A stretch of DNA of 64,000 nt from the human T2T-CHM13v2.0 reference genome, Homo sapiens: the NCBI RefSeq assembly GCF_009914755.1, contig NC_060948.1; one strand, 5' to 3'. This document shows, one piece after another, positions 20,764-37,676 of the stretch. Every line of letters begins with the position of its first letter. The stretch's first letter is position 1. The notes beneath the pieces were generated by a model that did no database searches, was not told the origin of the DNA, and worked only from the letters and a program-made list of their open reading frames with translations. The translations under genes were made by a program, and so were the position numbers.

Positions 20764-22891
20764 AGATCCATATTTTTTAAATGAAAAAAAATTTCAAAGG
20801 TACTCTGCTTGGTACAATAATCAAATGTATAAACTGAGGAATAAAACATACCCATGAAACCTACTTATAACTGCATATGGAAAATAAAGAGGATAATTTT
20901 TTAAATAACATATTTTGAAAGCCTTAACTAGTAATTTGAAGAGTTGGCATTTGAAAGGCCAGTATGAATATACCTTCAATGCAGCTACACAGGTTCCCCG
21001 TGAGAAAAAGCAAACACAGGGAAAATAAAAACACAAAGGTTCAATCTCTTCTGACCTTTGAAAGACACAGCACAGACAGTGGTCCTTAGGACGAAGAGCA
21101 GGAGACCCCTAATTCCGTCACCATGGCGATAGTGCATAAACATTGCTGGGTGAGGGCACAATCCACATTGTGAGGTCCAACTGCTGCCAGGAAGACAGGA
21201 GTGCTTTTACATAGACCGAAAGGTCATTGAAGGCTCAGAGTTTTGTTTCAAGAACTGAATCCCAAGCCCACACGTTATTAGGCTGCGCTTCTTAAAACAA
21301 GTTATGAGATGGGAAAAAGGGCACCCAAAAACATACGTATACATTATGTATATAATAATATAAAGTGTCATATATATAATATATATAACCTATGTATAAT
21401 ATTGTTTTACATCCTGCATCTTATGTTATATATATTGTATAAAATATAATAATTGATAATATATAACTTTTATAATTATACAATATGACATATAGTATAT
21501 ATTATAATTTATGACATATATAATATATGTTATATATCATATACAGAATATATTATACGGTTAATATACGTATTAAATATAAATTATACATTATATATAT
21601 TATATATAATATATCTGTTATATATAATACCCATTATGCATAATATATATATTATGTCTATGTTATATATAGTATAAAACAACATATAATAATATATAAT
21701 TGTATATATAAAATGCGACATATAATATATATCATATTTTATAACATATGTAATATATATTATATATTATATATAATACGTTGTATGTATAATACCTATA
21801 TTAAATATATATTATATGACTATGTTATTAATTACATGTCACATGTGTTATATATTATATATTTTACATAGAATATACCTGTTACATACAATATATACTA
21901 TGTTACATATAATGTATAATTTATTACATGTAAAATAAAGAATGCAATATATTATGTATAATTTATAATATACCATATGTGGAATGTGATATATATAACA
22001 TATAATATATGATATATGATATACAGTATATGATATATAACATACAATATATGATTCCTAATATATATGGTATACAATATATATTTCATGATATGTATTC
22101 TATATGTTTTATATTCTGTTATATATAACTATTTGAAATTATATATAACTGTATAATATTTTATGTAAATATGTAATATAATATATATAACTATATAATA
22201 TATTATATATAACTATATATTATGTTATATATACTTTTATAACATAATTTGCATAAAATATCATAACATAATATATATTATATTATTTCATATTACATAA
22301 TATATATTACATATCACCCAATATAACTAACATACATAATATTATAATATAGATTATATTGTGTTATATTAAATATCATATATATCATGTATCATATATT
22401 ATATAATATATATTACACATTATATAATATGTATGTTGTCTATTATGTGATATATATAACTCTATATATAATTATATTTTTATACATATAACTAGATAAA
22501 CATGTAATTCTACATATTTTCATTTATAATATGTAGAATTATATAATCATATATAATTATTTATATTCTATAAAAAATTTTATCATTATATCAATTATAA
22601 TATATAAAAATTATAATATGTACTACAAATATATATATTATATATCATATATGATATAGTACCTTTGTTATATATCATAATACATATAAATGTGTATTAT
22701 GTTATCTATAATTATATAATTTCATATATAAGATGTATAATATGTATCATATATTATATATGTTATGTAATATATATAGTATATATAAGATGACACAGGA
22801 TAAATATTATATACTATGACATATAAAATATATGAGGTTATATTTTACATATAAGGCATAGCACATAACATGTAATATATATCATATATAA

Positions 22892-23183
22892 TTTTTTTTT
22901 AGACAGAATCTTGTCCTGTTGCACAGGGTGGGGTACAATGGCGCCATCTTTGCTCACTGCAACTTCTGCCTCACGGGTCCAAGCGATGGTCCTCCCTCAG
23001 CCTCCCAGGTAGCTGGGACTACACCACACTGGGACTACACCAGCTGCCACCATGCCTAGCTAATTTTTTGGATTTTTAGTAGTGACAGCCTTTCACTGTA
23101 TTGGCCAGGATGGTCTTGATCTCTTCACCTTGTGATCCCCTTGCCTTGGCCTCCAAATTTGCTGGGATTACAGGCCTGAGCCA
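22892..23183 (-). mobile_element. Alu copy, unit 10
   Basis: Collinear with the other Alu copies. Confidence 0.95.
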
Positions 23184-25311
23184 AGATCCATATTTTTTAA
23201 ATGAAAAAAAATTTCAAAGGTACTCTGCTTGGTACAATAATCAAATGTATAAACTGAGGAATAAAACATACCCATGAAACCTACTTATAACTGCATATGG
23301 AAAATACAGAGGGTAATTTTTTAAATAACATATTTTGAAAGCCTTAAGTAGTAATTTGAAGAGTTGGCATTTGAAAGGCCAGTATGAATATACCTTCAAT
23401 GCAGCAACACAGGTTCCCCGTGAGAAAAAGCAAACACAGGGAAAATAAAAACACAAAGGTTCAATCTCTTCTGACCTTTGAAAGACACAGCACAGACAGT
23501 GGTCCTTAGGACGAAGAGCAGGAGACCCCTAATTCCGTCACCATGGCGATAGTGCATAAACATTGCTGGGTGAGGGCACAATCCACATTGTGAGGTCCAA
23601 CTGCTGCCAGGAAGACAGGAGTGCTTTTACATAGACCGAAAGGTCATTGAAGGCTCAGAGTTTTGTTTCAAGAACTGAATCCCAAGCCCACACGTTATTA
23701 GGCTGCGCTTCTTAAAACAAGTTATGAGATGGGAAAAAGGGCACCCACAAACATACGTATACATTATGTATATAATAATATACAGTGTCATATATATAAT
23801 ATATATAACCTATGTATAATATTGTTTTACATCCTGCATCTTATGTTATATATATTGTATAAAATATAATAATTGATAATATATAAGTTTTATAATTATA
23901 CAATATGACATATAGTATATATTATAATTTATGACATATATAATATATGTTATATATCATATACAGAATATATTATACGGTTAATATACGTATTAAATAT
24001 AAATTATACATTATATATATTATATATAATATATCTGTTATATATAATACCCATTATGCATAATATATATATTATGTCTATGTTATATATAGTATAAAAC
24101 AACATATAATAATATATAATTGTATATATAAAATGCGACATATAATATATATTATATTTTATAACATATGTAATATATATTATATATTATATATAATACG
24201 TTGTATGTATAATACCTATATTAAATATATATTATATGACTATGTTATTAATTACATGTCACATGTGTTATATATTATATATTTTACATAGAATATACCG
24301 GTGACATACAATATATACTATGTTACCTATAATGTATAATTTATTACATGTAAAATAAAGAATGCAATATATTATGTATAATTTATAATATACAATATGT
24401 GGAATGTGATATATATAACATATAATATATGATATATGATATACACTATATGATATATAACATACAATATATGATTCCTAATATATATGGTATACAATAT
24501 ATATTTCATGATATGTATTCTATATGTTTTATATTCTGTTATATATAACTATTTGAAATTATATATAACTGTATAATATTTTATGTAAATATGTAATATA
24601 ATATATATAACTATATAATATATTATATATAACTATATATTATGTTATATATACTTTTATAACATAATTTGCATAAAATATCATAACATAATATATATTA
24701 TATTATTTCATATTACATAATATATATTACATATCACCCAATATAACTAACATACATAATATTATAATATAGATTATATTGTGTTATATTAAATATCATA
24801 TATATCATGTATCATATATTCTATAATATATATTACACATTATATAATATGTATGTTGTCTATTATGTGATATATATAACTCTATATATAATTATAGTTT
24901 TATACATATAACTAGATAAACATGTAATTCTACATATTTTCATTTATAATATGTAGAATTATATAATCATATATAATTATTTATATTCTATAAAAAATTT
25001 TATCATTATATCAATTATAATATATAAAAATTATAATATGTACTACAAATATATATATTATATATCATATATGATATAGTACCTTTGTTATATATCATAA
25101 TACATATAAATGTGTATTATGTTATCTATAATTATATAATTTCATATATAAGATGTATAATATGTATCATATATTATATATGTTATGTAATATATATAGT
25201 ATATATAAGATGACACAGGATAAATATTATATACTATGACATATAAAATATATGAGGTTATATTTTACATATAAGGCATAGCACATAACATGTAATATAT
25301 ATCATATATAA

Positions 25312-25603
25312 TTTTTTTTTAGACAGAATCTTGTCCTGTTGCACAGGGTGGGGTACAATGGCGCCATCTTTGCTCACTGCAACTTCTGCCTCACGGGTCC
25401 AAGCGATGGTCCTCCCTCAGCCTCCCAGGTAGCTGGGACTACACCACACTGGGACTACACCAGCTGCCACCATGCCTAGCTAATTTTTTGGATTTTTAGT
25501 AGTGACAGCGTTTCACTGTATTGGCCAGGATGGTCTTGATCTCTTCACCTTGTGATCCCCTTGCCTTGGCCTCCAAATTTGCTGGGATTACAGGCCTGAG
25601 CCA
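25312..25603 (-). mobile_element. Alu copy, unit 11
   Basis: Collinear with the other Alu copies. Confidence 0.95.
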
Positions 25604-27731
25604 AGATCCATATTTTTTAAATGAAAAAAAATTTCAAAGGTACTCTGCTTGGTACAATAATCAAATGTATAAACTGAGGAATAAAACATACCCATGAAAC
25701 CTACTTATAACTGCATATGGAAAATACAGAGGATAATTTTTTAAATAACATATTTTGAAAGCCTTAACTAGTAATTTGAAGAGTTGGCATTTGAAAGGCC
25801 AGTATGAATATACCTTCAATGCAGCAACACAGGTTCCCCGTGAGAAAAAGCAAACACAGGGAAAATAAAAACACAAAGGTTCAATCTCTTCTGACCTTTG
25901 AAAGACACAGCACAGACAGTGGTCCTTAGGACGAAGAGCAGGAGACCCCTAATTCCGTCACCATGGCGATAGGGCATAAACATTGCTGGGTGAGGGCACA
26001 ATCCACATTGTGAGGTCCAACTGCTGCCAGGAAGACAGGAGTGCTTTTACATAGACCGAAAGGTCATTGAAGGCTCAGAGTTTTGTTTCAAGAACTGAAT
26101 CCCAAGCCCACACGTTATTAGGCTGCGCTTCTTAAAACAAGTTATGAGATGGGAAAAAGGGCACCCACAAACATACGTATACATTATGTATATAATAATA
26201 TAAAGTGTCATATATATAATATATATAACCTATGTATAATATTGTTTTACATCCTGCATCTTATGTTATATATATTGTATAAAATATAATAATTGATAAT
26301 ATATAAGTTTTATAATTATACAATATGACATATAGTATATATTATAATTTATGACATATATAATATATGTTATATATCATATACAGAATATATTATACGG
26401 TTAATATACGTATTAAATATAAATTATACATTATATATATTATATATAATATATCTGTTATATATAATACCCATTATGCATAATATATATATTATGTCTA
26501 TGTTATATATAGTATAAAACAACATATAATAATATATAATTGTATATATAAAATGCGACATATAATATATATTATATTTTATAACACATGTAATATATAT
26601 TATATATTATATATAATATGTTGTATGTATAATACCTATATTAAATATATATTATATGACTATGTTATTAATTACATGTCACATGTGTTATATATTATAT
26701 ATTTTACATAGAATATACCGGTGACATACAATATATACTATGTTACCTATAATGTATAATTTATTACATGTAAAATAAAGAATGCAATATATTATGTATA
26801 ATTTATAATATACAATATGTGGAATGTGATATATATAACATATAATATATGATATATGATATACAGTATATGATATATAACATACAATATATGATTCCTA
26901 ATATATATGGTATACAATATATATTTCATGATATGTATTCTATATGTTTTATATTCTGTTATATATAACTATTTGAAATTATATATAACTGTATAATATT
27001 TTATGTAAATATGTAATATAATATATATAACTATATAATATATTATATATAACTATATATTATGTTATATATACTTTTATAACATAATTTGCATAAAATA
27101 TCATAACATAATATATATTATATTATTTCATATTACATAATATATATTACATATCACCCAATATAACTAACATACATAATATTATAATATAGATTATATT
27201 GTGTTATATTAAATATCATATATATCATGTATCATATATTCTATAATATATATTACACATTATATAATATGTATGTTGTCTATTATGTGATATATATAAC
27301 TCTATATATAATTGTAGTTTTATACATATAACTAGATAAACATGTAATTCTACATATTTTCATTTATAATATGTAGAATTATATAATCATATATAATTAT
27401 TTATATTCTATAAAAAATTTTATCATTATATAAATTATAATATATAAAAATTACAATATGTAATACAAATATATATATTATATATCATATATGATATAGT
27501 ACCTTTGTTATATATCATAATACATATAAATGTGTATTATGTTATCTATAATTATATAATTTCATATATAAGATGTATAATATGTATCATATATTATATA
27601 TGTTATGTAATATATATAGTATATATAAGATGACACAGGATAAATATTATATACTATGACATATAAAATATATGAGGTTATATTTTACATATAAGGCATA
27701 GCACATAACATGTAATATATATCATATATAA

Positions 27732-28023
27732 TTTTTTTTTAGACAGAATCTTGTCCTGTTGCACAGGGTGGGGTACAATGGCGCCATCTTTGCTCACTGC
27801 AACTTCTGCCTCACGGGTCCAAGCGATGGTCCTCCCTCAGCCTCCCAGGTAGCTGGGACTACACCACACTGGGACTACACCAGCTGCCACCATGCCTAGC
27901 TAATTTTTTGGATTTTTAGTAGTGACAGCGTTTCACTGTATTGGCCAGGATGGTCTTGATCTCTTCACCTTGTGATCCCCTTGCCTTGGCCTCCAAATTT
28001 GCTGGGATTACAGGCCTGAGCCA
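27732..28023 (-). mobile_element. Alu copy, unit 12
   Basis: Collinear with the other Alu copies. Confidence 0.95.
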
Positions 28024-30144
28024 AGATCCATATTTTTTAAATGAAAAAAAATTTCAAAGGTACTCTGCTTGGTACAATAATCAAATGTATAAACTGAGGA
28101 ATAAAACATACCCATGAAACCTACTTATAACTGCATATGGAAAATACAGAGGATAATTTTTTAAATAACATATTTTGAAAGCCTTAACTAGTAATTTGAA
28201 GAGTTGGCATTTGAAAGGCCAGTATGAATATACCTTCAATGCAGCAACACAGGTTCCCCGTGAGAAAAAGCAAACACAGGGAAAATAAAAACACAAAGGT
28301 TCAATCTCTTCTGACCTTTGAAAGACACAGCACAGACAGTGGTCCTTAGGACGAAGAGCAGGAGACCCCTAATTCCGTCACCATGGCGATAGTGCATAAA
28401 CATTGCTGGGTGAGGGCACAATCCACATTGTGAGGTCCAACTGCTGCCAGGAAGACAGGAGTGCTTTTACATAGACCGAAAGGTCATTGAAGGCTCAGAG
28501 TTTTGTTTCAAGAACTGAATCCCAAGCCCACACGTTATTAGGCTGCGCTTCTTAAAACAAGTTATGAGATGGGAAAAAGGGCACCCACAAACATACGTAT
28601 ACATTATGTATATAATAATATAAAGTGTCATATATATAATATATATAACCTATGTATAATATTGTTTTACATCCTGTATCTTATGTTATATATATTGTAT
28701 AAAATATAATAATTGATAATATATAAGTTTTATAATTATACAATATGACATATAGTATATATTATAATTTATGACATATATAATATATGTTATATATCAT
28801 ATACAGAATATATTATACGGTTAATATACGTATTAAATATAAATTATACATTATATATATTATATATAATATATCTGTTATATATAATACCCATTATGCA
28901 TAATATATATATTATGTCTATGTTATATATAGTATAAAACAACATATAATAATATATAATTGTATATATAAAATGCGACATATAATATATATTATATTTT
29001 ATAACATATGTAATATATATTATATATAATACGTTGTATGTATAATACCTATATTAAATATATATTATATGACTATGTTATTAATTACATGTCACATGTG
29101 TTATATATTATATATTTTACATAGAATATACCGGTTACATACAATATATACTATGTTACCTATAATGTATAATTTGTTACATGTAAAATAAAGAATGCAA
29201 TATATTATGTATAATTTATAATATACAATATGTGGAATGTGATATATATAACATATAATATATGATATATGATATACAGTATATGATATATAACATACAA
29301 TATATGATTCCTAATATATATGGTATACAATATATATTTTATGATATGTATTCTATATGTTTTATATTCTGTTATATATAACTATTTGAAATTATATATA
29401 ACTGTATAATATTTTATGTAAATATGTAATATAATATATATAACTATATAATATATTATATATAACTATATATTATGTTATATATACTTTTATAACATAA
29501 TTTACATAAAATATCATAATATAATATATATTATATTATTTCATATTACATAATATATATTATATATCACCCAATATAACTAACATACATAATATTATAA
29601 TATAGATTATATTGTGTTATATTAAATTTCATATATATCATGTATCATATATTCTATAATATATATTACACATTATATAATATGTATGTTGTCTATTATG
29701 TGATATATATAACTATATATATAATTATATTTTTATACATATAACTAGATAAACATGTAATTCTACATATTTTCATTTATAATATGTAGAATTATATAAT
29801 CATATATAATTACTTATATTCCATAAAAAATTATATCATTATATAAATTATAATATATAAAAATTATAATATGTACTACAAATATATATATTATATATCA
29901 TATATGATATAGTACCTTTGTTATATATCATAATACATATAAATGTGTATTATGTTATCTATAATTATATAATTTCATATATAATATGTATAATATGTAT
30001 CATATATTATATATGTTATGTAATATATATAGTGTATATAAGATGACACAGGATAAATATTATATACTATGACATATAAAATATATGAGGTTATATGTTA
30101 CATATAAGGCATAGCACATAACATGTAATATATATCATATATAA

Positions 30145-30435
30145 TTTTTTTTAGACAGAATCTTGTCCTGTTGCACAGGGTGGGGTACAATGGCGCCATC
30201 TTTGCTCACTGCAACTTCTGCCTCACGGGTCCAAGCGATTGTCCTCCCTGAGCCTCCCAGGTAGCTGGGACTACACCACACTGGGACTACACCAGCTGCC
30301 ACCATGCCTAGCTAATTTTTTGGATTTTTAGTAGTGACAGCGTTTCACTGTATTGGCCAGGATGGTCTTGATCTCTTCACCTTGTGATCCCCTTGCCTTG
30401 GCCTCCAAATTTGCTGGGATTACAGGCCTGAGCCA
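30145..30435 (-). mobile_element. Alu copy, unit 13
   Basis: Collinear with the other Alu copies. Confidence 0.95.
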
Positions 30436-32539
30436 AGATCCATATTTTTTAAATGAAAAAAAATTTCAAAGGTACTCTGCTTGGTACAATAATCAAATGT
30501 ATAAACTGAGGAATAAAACATAACCATGAAACCTACTTATAACTGCATATGGAAAATACAGAGGATAATTTTTTAAATAACATATTTTGAAAGCCTTAAC
30601 TAGTAATTTGAAGAGTTGGCATTTGAAAGGCCAGTATGAATATACCTTCAAAGCAGCAACACAGGTTCCCCATGAGAAAAAGCAAACACAGGGCAAATAA
30701 AAACACAAAGGTTCAATCTCTTCTGACCTTTGAAAGACACAGCACAGACAGTGGTCCTTAGGACGAAGAGCAGGAGACCCCTAATTCCGTCACCATGGCG
30801 ATAGGGCATAAACATTGCTGGGTGAGGGCACAATCCACATTGTGAGGTCCAACTGCTGCCAGGAAGACAGGAGTGCTTTTACATAGACCGAAAGGTCATT
30901 GAAGGCTCAGAGTTTTGTTTCAAGAACTGAATCCCAAGCCCACACGTTATTAGCCTGCACTTCTTAAAACAAGTTATGAGATGGGAAAAAGGGCACCCAC
31001 AAACATACGTATACATTATGTATATAATAATATACAGTGTCATATATATAATATATATAACCTATGTATAATATTGTTTTACATCCTGCATCTTATGTTA
31101 TATATATTGTATAAAATATAATAATTGATAATATATAACTTTTATAATTATACAATATGACATATAGTATATATTATAATTTATGACATATATAATATAT
31201 GTTATATATCATATACAGAATATATTATACGGTTAATATACGTATTAAATATAAATTATACATTATATATATTATATATAATATATCTGTTATATATAAT
31301 ACCCATTATGCATAATATATATATTATGTCTATGTTATATATAGTATAAAACAACATATAATAATATATAATTGTATATATAAATGCGACATATAATATA
31401 TATTATATTTTATAACATATGTAATATATATTATATATTATATATAATACGTTGTATGTATAATACCTATATTAAATATATATTATATGACTATGTTATT
31501 AATTACATGTCACATGTGTTATATATTATATATTTTACATAGAATACACCGGTTACATACAATATATACCATGTTACCTATAATGTATAATTTATTACAT
31601 GTAAAATAAAGAATGCAATATATTATGTATAATTTATAATATACAATATGTGGAATGTGATATATATAACATATAATATATGATATATGATATACAGTAT
31701 ATGATATACAACATACAATATATGATTCCTAATATATATGGTATACAATATATATTTTATGATATGTATTCTATATGTTTTATATTCTGTTATATATAAC
31801 TATTTGAAATTATATATAACTGTATAATATTTTATGTAAATATGTAATATAATATATATAACTATATAATATATTATATATAACTATATATTATGTTATA
31901 TATACTTTTATAACATAATTTACATAAAATATCATAATATAATATATATTATATTATTTCATATTACATAATATATATTACATATCACCCAATATAAGTA
32001 ACATACATAATATTATAATATAGATTATATTATGTTATATTAAATATCATATATATCATGTATCATATATTCTATAATATATATTACACATTATATAATA
32101 TGTATGTTGTCTATTATGTGATATATATAACTATATATATAATTAAATTTTTATACATATAACTAGATAAACATGTAATTCTACATATTTTCATTTATAA
32201 TATGTAGAAGTATATAATCATATATAATTATTTATATTCTATAAGAAATTTTATCATTATATAAATTATAATATATAAAAATTATAATATGTACTACAAA
32301 TATATATATTATATATCATATATGATATAGTACCTTTGTTATATATCATAATACATATAAATGTGTATTATGTTATCTATAAGTATATAATTTCATATAT
32401 AAGATGTATAATATGTATCATATATTATATAAGTTATGTAATATATATAGTATATATAAGATGACACAGGATAAATATTATATACTATGACATATAAAAT
32501 ATATGAGGTTATATGTTACATATAAGGCATAGCACATAA

Positions 32540-32854
<315 letters not shown>

Positions 32855-34981
32855 AGATCCATATTTTTTAAATGAAAAAAAATTTCAAAGGTACTCTGCT
32901 TGGTACAATAATCAAATGTATAAACTGAGGAATAAAACATAACCATGAAACCTACTTATAACTGCATATGGAAAATACAGAGGATAATTTTTTAAATAAC
33001 ATATTTTGAAAGCCTTAACTAGTAATTTGAAGAGTTGGCATTTGAAAGGCCAGTATGAATATACCTTCAAAGCAGCAACACAGGTTCCCCATGAGAAAAA
33101 GCAAACACAGGGAAAATAAAAACACAAAGGTTCAATCTCTTCTGACCTTTGAAAGACACAGCACAGACAGTGGTCCTTAGGACGAAGAGCAGGAGACCCC
33201 TAATTCCGTCACCATGGCGATAGGGCATAAACATTGCTGGGTGAGGGCACAATCCACATTGTGAGGTCCAACTGCTGCCAGGAAGACAGGAGTGCTTTTA
33301 CATAGACCGAAAAGTCATTGAAGGCTCAGAGTTTTGTTTCAACAACTGAATCCCAAGCCCACACGTTATTAGGCTGCGCTTCTTAAAACAAGTTATGAGA
33401 TGGGAAAAAGGGCACCCACAAACATACGTATACATTATGTATATAATAATATAGAGTGTCATATATATAATATATATAACCTATGTATAATATTGTTTTA
33501 CATCCTGCATCTTATGTTATATATATTGTATAAAATATAATAATTGATAATATATAAGTTTTATAATTATACAATATGACATATAGTATATATTATAATT
33601 TATGACATATATAATATATGTTATATATCATATACAGAATATATTATATGGTTAATATACGTATTAAATATAAATTATACATTATATATATTATATATAA
33701 TATATCTGTTATATATAATACCCATTATGCATAATATATATATTATGTCTATGTTATATATAGTATAAAACAACATATAATAATATATAATTGTATATAT
33801 AAATGCGACATATAATATATATTATATTTTATAACATATGTAATATATATTATATATTATATATAATACGTTGTATGTATAATACCTATATTAAATATAT
33901 ATTATATGACTATGTTATTAATTACATGTCACATGTGTTATATATTATATATTTTACATAGAATATACCGGTTACATACAATATATACCATGTTACCTAT
34001 AATGTATAATTTATTACATGTAAAATAAAGAATGCAATATATTATGTATAATTTATAATATACAATATGTGGAATGTGATATATATAACATATAATATAT
34101 GATATATGATATACAGTATATGATATATAACATACAATATATGATTCCTAATATATATGGTATACAATATATATTTTATGATATGTATTCTATATGTTTT
34201 ATATTCTGTTATATATAACTATTTGAAATTATATATAACTGTATAATATTTTATGTAAATATGTAATATAATATATATAACTATATAATATATTATATAT
34301 AACTATATATTATGTTATATATACTTTTATAACATAATTTACATAAAATATCATAATATAATATATATTATATTATTTCATATTACATAATATATATTAC
34401 ATATCACCCAATATAACTAACATACATAATATTATAATATAGATTATATTATGTTATATTAAATATCATATATATCATGTATCATATATTCTATAATATA
34501 TATTACACATTATATAATATGTATGTTGTCTATTATGTGATATATATAACTCTATATATAATTATATTTTTATACATATAACTAGATAAACATGTAATTC
34601 TACATATTTTCATTTATAACATGTAGAATTATATAATCATATATAATTATTTATATTCTATAAAAAATTTTATCATTATATAAATTATAATATATAAAAA
34701 TTATAATATGTACTACAAATATATATATTATATATCATATATGATATAGTACCTTTGTTATATATCATAATACATATAAATGTGTATTATGTTATCTATA
34801 ATTATATAATTTCATATATAAGATGTATAATATGTATCATATATTATACATGTTATGTAATATATATAGTATATATAAGATGACACAGGATAAATATTAT
34901 ATACTATGACATATAAAATATATGAGCTTATATTTTACATATAAGGCATAGCACATAACATGTAATATATATCATATATAA

Positions 34982-35273
34982 TTTTTTTTTAGACAGAATC
35001 TTGTCCTGTTGCACAGGGTGGGGTACAATGGCGCCATCTTTGCTCACTGCAACTTCTGCCTCACGGGTCCAAGCGATGGTCCTCCCTCAGCCTCCCAGGT
35101 AGCTGGGACTACACCACACTGGGACTACACCAGCTGCCACCATGCCTAGCTAATTTTTTGGATTTTTAGTAGTGACAGCGTTTCACTGTATTGGCCAGGA
35201 TGGTCTTGATCTCTTCACCTTGTGATCCCCTTGCCTTGGCCTCCAAATTTGCTGGGATTACAGGCCTGAGCCA
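34982..35273 (-). mobile_element. Alu copy, unit 15
   Basis: Collinear with the other Alu copies. Confidence 0.95.
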
Positions 35274-37377
35274 AGATCCATATTTTTTAAATGAAAAAAA
35301 ATTTCAAAGGTACTCTGCTTGGTACAATAATCAAATGTATAAACTGAGGAATAAAACATACCCATGAAACCTACTTATAACTGCATATGGAAAATACAGA
35401 GGATAATTTTTTAAATAACATATTTTGAAAGCCTTAACTAGTAATTTGAAGAGTTGGCATTTGAAAGGCCAGTATGAATATACCTTCAATGCAGCAACAC
35501 AGGTTCCCCATGAGAAAAAGCAAACACAGGGAAAATAAAAACACAAAGGTTCAATCTCTTCTGACCTTTGAAAGACACAGCACAGACAGTGGTCCTTAGG
35601 ACGAAGAGCAGGAGACCCCTAATTCCGTCACCATGGCGATAGTGCATAAACATTGCTGGGTGAGGGCACAATCCACATTGTGAGGTCCAACTGCTGCCAG
35701 GAAGACAGGAGTGCTTTTACATAGACCGAAAGGTCATTGAAGGCTCAGAGTTTTGTTTCAAGAACTGAATCCCAAGCCCACACGTTATTAGGCTGCGCTT
35801 CTTAAAACAAGTTATGAGATGGGAAAAAGGGCACCCACAAACATACGTATACATTATGTATATAATAATATACAGTGTCATATATATAATATATATAACC
35901 TATGTATAATATTGTTTTACATCCTGCATCTTATGTTATATATATTGTATAAAATATAATAATTGATAATATATAACTTTTATAATTATACAATATGACA
36001 TATAGTATATATTATAATTTATGACATATATAATATATGTTATATATCATATACAGAATATATTATACGGTTAATATACGTATTAAATATAAATTATACA
36101 TTATATATATTATATATAATATATCTGTTATATATAATACCCATTATGCATAATATATATATTATGTCTATATTATATATAGTATAAAACAACATATAAT
36201 AATATATAATTGTATATATAAATGCGACATATAATATTTATTATATTTTATAACATATGTAATATATATTATATATTATATATAATACGTTGTATGTATA
36301 ATACCTATATTAAATATATATTATATGACTATGTTATTAATTACATGTCACATGTGTTATATATTATATATTTTACATAGAATATACCGGTTACATACAA
36401 TATATACCATGTTACCTATAATGTATAATTTATTACATGTAAAATAAAGAATGCAATATATTATGTATAATTTATAATATACAATATGTGGAATGTGATA
36501 TATATAACATATAATATATGATATATGATATACAGTATATGATATATAACATACAATATATGATTCCTAATATATATGGTATACAATATATATTTTATGA
36601 TATGTATTCTATATGTTTTATATTCTGTTATATATAACTATTTGAAATTATATATAACTGTATAATATTTTATGTAAATATGTAATGTAATATATATAAC
36701 TATATAATATATTATATATAACTATATATTATGTTATATATACTTTTATAACATAATTTACATAAAATATCATAATATAATATATATTAAATTATTTCAT
36801 ATTACATAATATATATTACATATCACCCAATATAACTAACATACATAATATTATAATATAGATTATATTATGTTATATTAAATATCATATATATCATGTA
36901 TCATATATTCTATAATATATATTACACATTATATAATATGTATGTTGTCTATTATGTGATATATATAACTCTATATATAATTATATTTTTATACATATAA
37001 CTAGATAAACATGTAATTCTACATATTTTCATTTATAATATGTAGAATTATATAATCATATATAATTATTTATATTCTATAAAAAATTTTATCATTATAT
37101 AAATTATAATATATAAAAATTATAATATGTACTACAAATATATATATTATATATCATATATGATATAGTACCTTTGTTATATATCATAATACATATAAAT
37201 GTGTATTATGTTATCTATAATTATATAATTTCATATATAAGATGTATAATATGTATCATATATTATATATGTTATGTAATATATATAGTGTATATAAGAT
37301 GACACAGGATAAATATTATATACTATGACATATAAAATATATGAGGTTATATGTTACATATAAGGCATAGCACATAA

Positions 37378-37676
<299 letters not shown>

